A stretch of DNA of 30,947 bases from Oligoflexales bacterium (GTDB lineage: Bacteria; Bdellovibrionota_B; Oligoflexia; Oligoflexales; RGVZ01): the NCBI GenBank assembly GCA_044236265.1, contig JBIIGV010000021.1, positions 1 to 30,947 on the forward strand. The letters are read 5' to 3'. Every line of letters starts with the position of its first letter. The stretch's first letter is position 1. The notes under the pieces are model-generated. The model did no database searches. It was not told the DNA's origin and worked only from the letters and a program-made list of their open reading frames with translations. Below, piece after piece: positions 1 to 7,528 of this stretch. Both the position numbers and the translations under genes were made by a program.

Positions 1-144
1 GTGTAATGATCATAGCGGTTATTCTGTTCCACAACTTTTCCTTTTTCCGAGGGAGACTCGAAGCTGCGACCTGTTATCGATAAAATTCAACCTGGACTTT
101 TTTCAGGCTTATTTCGCATCCTGATCGGTACATGCATCGCTTTT

Positions 145-786
145 TTGATCTATCAAGTTGCTTTACAATTAGCCACCGGAGACTGTCAAACTATCCAGAC
201 AAATATACGCGCTGGGGGCATTAATGGCCTGAGCCTCGTATTTGCAGCTACGACCATCTTGGCGATATTTGGCGCGCCTATTGCGATCATCTCGGCATTG
301 GCCGGCTTGCTCCTCGGACCAATTACTGGTGGAGCCATGACATCAGCGGCGATCTCTGCTGGGGCTATTTTAGCATGGCTGATTGCAAGATGGACCTTTC
401 GGAAAGGGGCCTTTCCCGACCACGTCGAGAAAAAAATCCAGCAAAGCTGGTATCAGGAAATGATGGATCAGCGAACAGATTCCGCCTTTGACTGGGTAAA
501 GACATTCTCTATCAAATGCCCTCTTTCATTCCCTCACTTCACCGCTTTAGTCGCAGTCAAAGTGCGTCATCTAAAGTTAGCACCCATCATTTCTGGAATT
601 TTTGCAGCTTCAATTCTATACGTTATCGCCTATTCACTCGCCGGAGGCAGCATTGGATGTGCTGCCGTCAATCACGCTGTTGGAGCAGACATCGCCCCAT
701 ACAAAAATAGCATCATCGGCAGCTGTCTTTTACTATTGATACTCGCCAAATTCCAAAAAACAACCATTAGCAGAGGTGAAGCATGA
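145..786 (+). CDS. VTT/TVP38 (DedA-superfamily-like) membrane protein, divergent; true start may be CTG at 64
   Basis: The hydrophobic GAPIAIISALAGLLLGPITGGAMTSAAISAGAILAWLIARW segment matches the typical VTT pattern (P..l....G.l.G...G........GA..af.iaR). The frame is open from position 16. Confidence 0.65.
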   Translation: MIYQVALQLATGDCQTIQTNIRAGGINGLSLVFAATTILAIFGAPIAIISALAGLLLGPITGGAMTSAAISAGAILAWLIARWTFRKGAFPDHVEKKIQQSWYQEMMDQRTDSAFDWVKTFSIKCPLSFPHFTALVAVKVRHLKLAPIISGIFAASILYVIAYSLAGGSIGCAAVNHAVGADIAPYKNSIIGSCLLLLILAKFQKTTISRGEA

Positions 787-1010
787 GCGGGGAGCGACGT
801 TCCGCAGCACGGTGCCCAATTTGTCAGGGACCGGCTTTGGCTGATCAAAACTATCCAGAAGGCATTCGCTGTCGTAACAGCTCATGTCGCCAAAACCATT
901 CAAAGGCCAAGTGCCCTCGTTGTGGCGCAACAGATATCGCTCAAGCGGTTTGGAAAGAAAACAAGTGGAGCTACAGCTGTTCGGATTGTGAGCATTCGTG
1001 GGCACAGTAG
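783..1010 (+). CDS. Small cysteine-rich protein, probable double zinc ribbon
   Basis: Eight Cys arranged as CPIC, CRNSSC, CPRC, CSDC. ATGA overlap with the upstream stop and GAGGTG SD. Confidence 0.75.
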   Translation: MSGERRSAARCPICQGPALADQNYPEGIRCRNSSCRQNHSKAKCPRCGATDIAQAVWKENKWSYSCSDCEHSWAQ

Positions 1011-1032
1011 ACTGAGTCTCTTGGGTTAAATA

Positions 1033-2310
1033 CTAACCACCAACCGTATTGCCCATGTCCATAATTGGCAAATACATTGCAATGACCAACACACCAACCA
1101 CAGAGCCGATACCAACAATCATGATCGGTTCAATCATGCTAAGCATAGTCTTGACTGCTTCATCAACTTCTTCTTCATAAAAGCTTGATATCTTCATAAG
1201 CATCTCATCCAGCTTACCTGACTTCTCACCAACCTGGACCATGGAAATAACCATCTTAGGGAACATCGGGTTCTCAGATAAAGGAACACTAAGCTGCTGT
1301 CCTTTCTCAATGCGTGTCTTACAAGATAATATAAACTCTTCAAGCACGACATTTCCGGCAGACGCGGCACAGATCGAAAGAGCCTGCAACAGATTCACAC
1401 CGGACGATAGCATTGAAGCCATCGTCGAGCAAAACCGACCTACTGCAATTTTCTTCATAACATCGCCAATCAATGGTAGACGAAGGATCAAACCATCGAA
1501 GTAGACTCGACCCTTTGGTGTCTTCTGATATTGGGTAGCTCCAAAAATGGCCACCCCTATCGATCCAAATATTTTTAACCACTGAGCCGCAATAAAATCT
1601 GACAAACTAATGACAAACTGCGTCAGTGCAGGAAGCTCCTTACCAGAGTTGATAAATTGTGCCGTGAAGGTTGGCACTACGAAGACAAGAAGGCCAGTTA
1701 TCACTACAACTGCGACGACAAGAATAAGCGTGGGATAAGTCAACGCTGATTTTACTTGTGACTTAATTTTTGAGGACTTCTCAATGTACACGAGTAACTT
1801 GGCCATGATATCAGACAGCTTACCACTCTCCTCACCGGCCTTCACCATCGCGCGGAATAGATCATCAAAACAAAGAGGGTACCGCGCCATAGCCAAACTT
1901 AAGCTGCTACCTTCTTCGATAGCTTTACGCAACCCGGCCAGAACCTCGCCAAATTGAGGAAGTCGTTGTTGTCGAGATAGAATATCTAAAGATTGGTTAA
2001 CAGGGAGTCCGCTACCGAGCATAGTCGACAATTGTTTTGTCATGACTATCAGATCTTTATCGGGAACTTTGAACTTATCCCCACCTCCAAGAACAATGTT
2101 ACCTTTACCATCGATCTTGATACGTCCGCCAAGCAGGCTCAGACCACCCACTTCTTTTCCATCCGCATCGAGCTGGACCTCTTGCAACGTAATTACAACT
2201 AGACGCTGACGAGACAGCATTGTCTTCGCCATATCCTTGGAAGGGCCGGCGATTGTCCCTTCCTGGACTTTCCCTGCTGAGTTTCTGGCTTTGTATTTAT
2301 AGTTAGCCAT
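1033..2310 (-). CDS. pilC: Type IV pilus inner-membrane platform protein PilC (GspF family)
   Basis: N-terminal YKYKARNSAGKVQEG; two T2SSF repeats (KQLSTMLGSG..AGEESGKL and STMASMLSSG..VGEKSGKLDEML); C-terminal IAMYLPI; follows pilB-pilT. Confidence 0.95.
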   Translation of the reverse strand: MANYKYKARNSAGKVQEGTIAGPSKDMAKTMLSRQRLVVITLQEVQLDADGKEVGGLSLLGGRIKIDGKGNIVLGGGDKFKVPDKDLIVMTKQLSTMLGSGLPVNQSLDILSRQQRLPQFGEVLAGLRKAIEEGSSLSLAMARYPLCFDDLFRAMVKAGEESGKLSDIMAKLLVYIEKSSKIKSQVKSALTYPTLILVVAVVVITGLLVFVVPTFTAQFINSGKELPALTQFVISLSDFIAAQWLKIFGSIGVAIFGATQYQKTPKGRVYFDGLILRLPLIGDVMKKIAVGRFCSTMASMLSSGVNLLQALSICAASAGNVVLEEFILSCKTRIEKGQQLSVPLSENPMFPKMVISMVQVGEKSGKLDEMLMKISSFYEEEVDEAVKTMLSMIEPIMIVGIGSVVGVLVIAMYLPIMDMGNTVGG

Positions 2311-2319
2311 CGTCTAGCC

Positions 2320-3417
2320 TCACCTCTTTACCGAAGCTTGAACTTTTATTCCAAGCTTACTCGCAAGTAGCATTTCAAGCTCCTGAGGCTCATATGCAAC
2401 ATCCATTGCTGCTTGCGGGGCAATGTGACGGGACTGCACAAGATGAATCAAAGACTGATTCAGAGTCACCATTCCTGAACTATCCTGGCCAGTCTGAATT
2501 GCCGTATAAATTTGGTTGAATTTATCTTCACGGATTAGATTTCGGATAGCTGCGTTGGGAATCATGATCTCCAATGCAGCGACTCGGCCGCCACCCTGCG
2601 CCGGCATCAATATTTGCGAAACGGTTGCCTGCAGATTGGCCGCTAGCTGACCCCTAATTTGTGGCTGCTGCTCGGCAGGGAAAACATCGATAATTCGGCT
2701 AAGTGTTGAAACGCAGGAGTTAGTGTGGAGGGTGCCGAATACAAGATGCCCGGTCTCCGCAGTCGTCACGGCAAGAGCAATTGTCTCAAGATCTCGCAAT
2801 TCTCCAACCAAAACAACATCGGGATCCTGTCGCAAAGCACTTTTTAAAGCTCGAGCAAACGACTTCGTATCGTTTCCAATTTCTCTTTGATTCACCATCG
2901 ACTGCTTATGTGGATGAACAAACTCAACGGGATCTTCAATAGTGAGAATGTGATTTTGCTGTGTCTCATTGATATGGTTGATCATCGATGCGATTGTTGT
3001 TGATTTACCTGACCCGGTAGGACCAGTAACCAGAATCAATCCACGCGGTAAATTGCAAAGGCGTTCGATGATTGGCGGTAGATTAAGTTCTTGTAGCGTG
3101 AAAGTTTTTAGTGGAATCACGCGGAACGCGCCCGTTACATGTCCCTTTTGCAGATATATATTGCCGCGAAATCGCGCCAAATTTTTAACGGAAAATGCAA
3201 GATCGAGTTCATGATTTTCCTCGAAAATCTTTCGCTGCTCGTCGGTCAACACGCTGTAACACAATTGCATGGACTCCTGCGGCGTTAGAGCTGGAACATC
3301 CAAGGGGAGAAGTGATCCGTCAATTCGAAGTCGCGGAGGAGTTTCAGGGCTAATATGCAGATCACTACCTTTTTGGTCGATCAGAGCTTTTAGTAATTGA
3401 GGTAATGTAAAGTTCAC
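2320..3417 (-). CDS. pilT: Type IV pilus retraction ATPase PilT
   Basis: Walker A GPTGSGKS, Asp box TIEDPVE, Walker B DPDVVLVGE, His box GHLVFGTLH and the PilT-specific AIRNLIRE motif. GTG 3417 chosen for a GAGG SD; GTG 3429 is the alternative start. Confidence 0.95.
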   Translation of the reverse strand: MNFTLPQLLKALIDQKGSDLHISPETPPRLRIDGSLLPLDVPALTPQESMQLCYSVLTDEQRKIFEENHELDLAFSVKNLARFRGNIYLQKGHVTGAFRVIPLKTFTLQELNLPPIIERLCNLPRGLILVTGPTGSGKSTTIASMINHINETQQNHILTIEDPVEFVHPHKQSMVNQREIGNDTKSFARALKSALRQDPDVVLVGELRDLETIALAVTTAETGHLVFGTLHTNSCVSTLSRIIDVFPAEQQPQIRGQLAANLQATVSQILMPAQGGGRVAALEIMIPNAAIRNLIREDKFNQIYTAIQTGQDSSGMVTLNQSLIHLVQSRHIAPQAAMDVAYEPQELEMLLASKLGIKVQASVKR

Positions 3418-3425
3418 GACAAGCC

Positions 3426-5153
3426 TCACCCTGCTTCCTGGCTAGAGCGATCATTATCATCATCAGCCATTGTCATCGCCAAAACTTCCTTCACGGAAAT
3501 CATCCCAGCCGCTAGTTTTAGCAACGCCGCTTGACGCAACGTCCGCATACCAGAAGCCATACACACTGTTTTCAACTCCATGGGAGGGCACTTAGAGGCG
3601 ATTGCCCGCTTGACCTCCTCTGTGATGACAAGAACTTCATGAATAGCTGTTCGACCTTTTTCACCACTGTTATTACAAGCGGAGCAACCCTTGCCTTTTT
3701 TGGCAACGACTTTCGATGCGAACGCAGGATGAAAGCCGAGGTCTATAAGTACACCAGCGTTAACATCAGGATCGGGCGCACTGCATTTAGGGCAAACCTT
3801 TCTTATAAGTCGTTGTGCTACAACGCAGGTTAGAGCGGAAACCAAGTTAAATGGCTCCACCCCCATATTGAGAAGACGCGTAATGGTCTCAGGTGCACTG
3901 TTTGTGTGCAAAGTTGACAACACCATGTGACCCGTCAATGCGGCTTTCATCGCGATTTCAGCAGTCTCAAGATCTCGAATCTCACCCACCATGATCACGT
4001 CTGGATCCTGACGTAGAAATGCTCGAAGTGCAGATGCGAAATTAAAGCCAATTTCATTGCGGATAAGCACCTGATTAATACCAGGAAGCGTAAACTCAAC
4101 TGGATCTTCAGCCGTTACAATATTATCCGTCGACTTATTAAGCTCTGCCAGCGCTGAATACAGGGTCACTGTCTTACCCGATCCAGTCGGGCCAGTCACC
4201 AGCACCATTCCATTTGCAAGACTGATGCTCTCTTTGAACTTGACGAGGTCATCCGTTTCAAACCCAAGCTTCGTCATATCTGTCTGAAGACTGCCTTTAT
4301 CTAAAATACGTAGTACTATTTTTTCACCGAAGGCTGTGGGGCAGGAGTTTACACGGAAGTCAATCGGACGGCCGTTAATTGAAACATTCATATTGGCATC
4401 TTGAGGCAAACGCTTTTCTGAAATGTTCATCTTGGCCATGATTTTTACTTTAGTAATGAGCTGGTCTTTCCATGCAAGCTTAACTTTTTGTAGCTCCATT
4501 AAAGCCCCGTCGACGCGCAGTCTAACCCGCATATCTGTCTCATAAGGCTCTATGTGAATATCAGAGGCTCCTTTTGCTACGCACTGCTGCAAAATGAAGC
4601 TTGCTAGCTGCGTTATACCGGCGTCACCATCAGTAACTGAGATATCTTGACGCTGAACCTGCTCAGCTTCGCTATTACGTTCGTCAACTTTTAATTTAGT
4701 TACGTCCAGAACACCGGCGTAATACTTATCCAAAGCCTCCGTTATACGAGCTTCGCTTGCGAGGACTGCTCTTACGAAAAAGTTTGTATTAACCTGTACA
4801 GCCCTCAATGTGTCAGCACTCTGCGGGTTACCTGTTGCAATAATCAAATTGTTTGCACTCCGCTCAATCGGAACTACCCGCAGCTTTACAGCGATATCTT
4901 TTGGAACAAGATCAATAATTGACGCAGGAATATCACGATCTTCAAGATGGACTACGGCGCAATTGATGACTGATCCGATAGCCTCGACAAGATCTCTAGA
5001 TGGCATTTTACCCATGCTCTCAAGAGCTTGCAGAAAACTCATTTTAGAGACTGTCATTTTATCGCGAGCCGCATCCAAGTCGGCCGGCGAAAAGCCCAGC
5101 GAGATCAATTTTTCGCTCAAGATGTCAGTGGCGGGAGCACCCATTGCCAACAA
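3426..5153 (-). CDS. pilB: Type IV pilus assembly ATPase PilB (GspE family)
   Basis: GASDIHIEP, Walker A GPTGSGKT, DPDVIMVGEIRD, GHMVLSTLH and tetracysteine CPKC..CSAC. Start is TTG 5153 or ATG 5144. Confidence 0.93.
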   Translation of the reverse strand: MLAMGAPATDILSEKLISLGFSPADLDAARDKMTVSKMSFLQALESMGKMPSRDLVEAIGSVINCAVVHLEDRDIPASIIDLVPKDIAVKLRVVPIERSANNLIIATGNPQSADTLRAVQVNTNFFVRAVLASEARITEALDKYYAGVLDVTKLKVDERNSEAEQVQRQDISVTDGDAGITQLASFILQQCVAKGASDIHIEPYETDMRVRLRVDGALMELQKVKLAWKDQLITKVKIMAKMNISEKRLPQDANMNVSINGRPIDFRVNSCPTAFGEKIVLRILDKGSLQTDMTKLGFETDDLVKFKESISLANGMVLVTGPTGSGKTVTLYSALAELNKSTDNIVTAEDPVEFTLPGINQVLIRNEIGFNFASALRAFLRQDPDVIMVGEIRDLETAEIAMKAALTGHMVLSTLHTNSAPETITRLLNMGVEPFNLVSALTCVVAQRLIRKVCPKCSAPDPDVNAGVLIDLGFHPAFASKVVAKKGKGCSACNNSGEKGRTAIHEVLVITEEVKRAIASKCPPMELKTVCMASGMRTLRQAALLKLAAGMISVKEVLAMTMADDDNDRSSQEAG

Positions 5154-5248
5154 ACCCCCATTTAGACAAAAACATATGGGAGATATCGGTCAGAATAAGC
5201 CTGGTAATTAATTAAAATCTGGTATCGCGAACAATTAAATTTATTGGT

Positions 5249-5968
5249 TTAAGCCGAAATTCCGCTATAAATCACTGCAGGGTTGACATGTTGCATACGC
5301 AAGAAACGCATATTTGTCTGCGCCATTAAGCGAGCTATCTCCTGCGCTGAAAAGCGCGGATATTTCTTATGATTTTTAAGAAATTTGAGAATCTGCTGAG
5401 TCGCTGCTTCTGGGTGGATAATCAATCCCTGTCCTAGAACATATTGGTCGGCTTGACCAAATATGTAGCCTTGAATGACTGATTTCTTCGGGAAGTATTT
5501 TAAGGTTTCGCCAGCTTTTGAGGAAATCTTGAGTTTTCTTTCAGCAAGTAAATCCATCACCATGATTTCTTTTTCACCGGTTTTCATGACCTGAAATAGC
5601 CCGTGTCTAAAACCACAAAATGAGCGCCAATGACGCGCTGACGCGTCATCATTGGCGGTCAAATCGGAATTTTGCTCAAGGAATACCGATAATGGACTCC
5701 GGCCTCCGGCATGACCTGTCATCGCGCGCTCAAGGACACAATGCTCCAAGAAGTAATTCATTCGCGTTTGATAAAATTCGTCATCAGAATTCACTTTGCC
5801 AAATTGGGTCTGGAAATCACCCAACGGTGTCATGAAATAGGTTTTGCCAGCGATCCCCTCAATCCAGGCAATGACCACCTCTAGGCAATCATCTATCGAC
5901 GCGGGCTTTATCGATCCTACAGCGGAAGATTGCTTTGATTCGATCCGACCAAAGTTCTGATCGCTCAT
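5249..5968 (-). CDS. Hypothetical cytoplasmic protein (~239 aa)
   Basis: Long ORF. ATG at 5968 has an AGGTG SD and an ATGA overlap with the upstream stop, so the 6082 start in the ORF track is probably too long. Confidence 0.75.
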   Translation of the reverse strand: MSDQNFGRIESKQSSAVGSIKPASIDDCLEVVIAWIEGIAGKTYFMTPLGDFQTQFGKVNSDDEFYQTRMNYFLEHCVLERAMTGHAGGRSPLSVFLEQNSDLTANDDASARHWRSFCGFRHGLFQVMKTGEKEIMVMDLLAERKLKISSKAGETLKYFPKKSVIQGYIFGQADQYVLGQGLIIHPEAATQQILKFLKNHKKYPRFSAQEIARLMAQTNMRFLRMQHVNPAVIYSGISA

Positions 5969-6369
5969 GATTTCACCTGAGGTTTCCAACACCATTCGAA
6001 GACCCTTTCTCCCAGTAATGGAAGTTTGACACGCAGTGGCAACCAGATCGCTAGTCCATTCTTCGTCGACAGGTCCGCACAAGTCATCTTGATTGATGCC
6101 GCGTAACGCTCCCCTGAAGATGGTAGCTGCTCGACATACATAATATCTTCTAGAGGCACATAAACGCCATATTCGAGAAAATATTTCTGCTCTTGGCGCT
6201 TAAACTCTGTTCTCGCTGGCTCCACAAGGTTTACGCTCTCGCCACCCAGTAAAGGATGCCGACTTGTAGCTACAAGAACTTTAATAGAATCCGAGAAGGA
6301 CCATAAAAAGGCCATTAAAAACGCCAGTAGCCACGGGATAGCAATTATCGCTTTTTGTTTTGCGCCCAC
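5965..6369 (-). CDS. Hypothetical protein with N-terminal membrane anchor or signal
   Basis: GTG at 6369 preceded by GGAGG; hydrophobic AIIAIPWLLAFLMAFLW; fills the gap between pduO and the next gene. Confidence 0.65.
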   Translation of the reverse strand: MGAKQKAIIAIPWLLAFLMAFLWSFSDSIKVLVATSRHPLLGGESVNLVEPARTEFKRQEQKYFLEYGVYVPLEDIMYVEQLPSSGERYAASIKMTCADLSTKNGLAIWLPLRVKLPLLGERVFEWCWKPQVKS

Positions 6370-6929
6370 AAAGCCTCCGGGACCCCGAAGCGGCGTGATA
6401 ACTCCCGACTCACGACAAAAAACCAATCACTTAGTCGATTTAGATAAATTCGAACCTCATCCCGTACAGCATCCTGCTCAGACATGCGAACGACAGCTCT
6501 CTCAGCACGTCGACAAACAGTGCGTGCTAGGTGACAGGTTGAGTTTGCAATATGGCCACCAGGCAAGACAAAATTTTCAAGCGGGGGCAGTGACTCATTG
6601 AATGTGTCCATCTCCCGCTCAAGCCGCTCAACATCTGCCATTGAAACAACTTGCTGAACACTAACATTGAGCACATCTAAGGGAACGGACAACTCACCGC
6701 CTATATCAAATAGTTCGTTTTGAATCTGGATCAATGACTTTACGATGTCTGCCATCTTTGATTCAGGTGCAAGCGTATCGCGCAGCACTCCGACAACCGC
6801 ATTGAGCTCATCAACGGTGCCATAAGCCTCAATGCGTACGTTGCTTTTGAGGAGCTTTTCTCCAGTCGCAATCAAGGTGGAACCCTTGTCGCCAACTTTC
6901 GTGTAGATTTTTGATAGCCTAATAGTCAC
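6345..6929 (-). CDS. pduO: ATP:cob(I)alamin adenosyltransferase, PduO type
   Basis: KIYTKVGDKGST, RIEAYGTVDELN, FVLPGG, RTVCRRAER and YLNRLSDWFF signature motifs. Confidence 0.93.
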   Translation of the reverse strand: MTIRLSKIYTKVGDKGSTLIATGEKLLKSNVRIEAYGTVDELNAVVGVLRDTLAPESKMADIVKSLIQIQNELFDIGGELSVPLDVLNVSVQQVVSMADVERLEREMDTFNESLPPLENFVLPGGHIANSTCHLARTVCRRAERAVVRMSEQDAVRDEVRIYLNRLSDWFFVVSRELSRRFGVPEALWAQNKKR

Positions 6930-6949
6930 AACCTAGCCAAACTTGAGGC

Positions 6950-7282
6950 TTAATCGTCAGATCCACCTTTTGAGTTCAGCAGATCAGTTGGTGGAACTTG
7001 ACGATTCACACAGTCTCTCAATTTATCGGATGGATGAAAGGTTACGACGCGACGAGCAGTGATTTCAATCTTTTGTCCAGTGTGAGGATTACGTCCCGGA
7101 CGACTGCGTTTTTCTTTAACAATCCACTTACCAAAGCCACTAATCTTGACTTCCTTGCCTTTTTCGAGCTTCGCCTTGACTTCTTCCAGAATCATTTCAA
7201 GGATTTCTTTCGCTTCTTTGACCGGGTATCCGACCTTGTCGCGAATAAGTTCGATCAGTGCATCCTTGGTTAGCGTCGCCAT
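6950..7282 (-). CDS. ihfA: Integration host factor subunit alpha (HU/IHF family)
   Basis: LTK.., VKISGFGKW, RPGRNPHTGQKIEITARRVVTFHPSDKL; GAGGAG SD. Confidence 0.88.
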   Translation of the reverse strand: MATLTKDALIELIRDKVGYPVKEAKEILEMILEEVKAKLEKGKEVKISGFGKWIVKEKRSRPGRNPHTGQKIEITARRVVTFHPSDKLRDCVNRQVPPTDLLNSKGGSDD

Positions 7283-7348
7283 GTCAGGGTCTCCTCTATA
7301 TCAATCGTCGGCAGCTGATTGGTAAGTCGTAAGTTACTAAACATATTA

Positions 7349-7365
7349 TGCAACTTCCCTGCCCA
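7349..7365 (-). promoter_or_regulatory. Candidate sigma-54 promoter for ihfA, overlapping a sigma-70-like TTGCAT-N18-CATAAT
   Basis: The minus strand reads TGGGCAGGGAAGTTGCA, with GG-N10-GC spacing and 2 mismatches to YTGGCACGNNNNTTGCW. Confidence 0.4.
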
Positions 7366-7466
7366 TGGATGCAACCCCCCATACAAATAGTTTTAGCAGA
7401 GCCATAAAAAACCAATGATTATAGGTTCTTATAAATGATGAGCCACCCCCTTATGCGTCATTTATC

Positions 7467-7495
7467 TTGTCAACAAGGGGATAAAGCTCCATGAT
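7467..7495 (+). promoter_or_regulatory. Candidate sigma-70 promoter for the acylase gene
   Basis: TTGTCA-N17-CATGAT ending 33 nt upstream of ATG 7529. Confidence 0.3.
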
Positions 7496-7528
7496 TACGT
7501 TAACTTTCAACCCGTCAGAGCCCTGGCC

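Noticed and set aside
5969..6082. N-terminal extension of the 277-aa ORF
   Set aside because: It overlaps the upstream gene; ATG 5968 has an SD and ATGA coupling.
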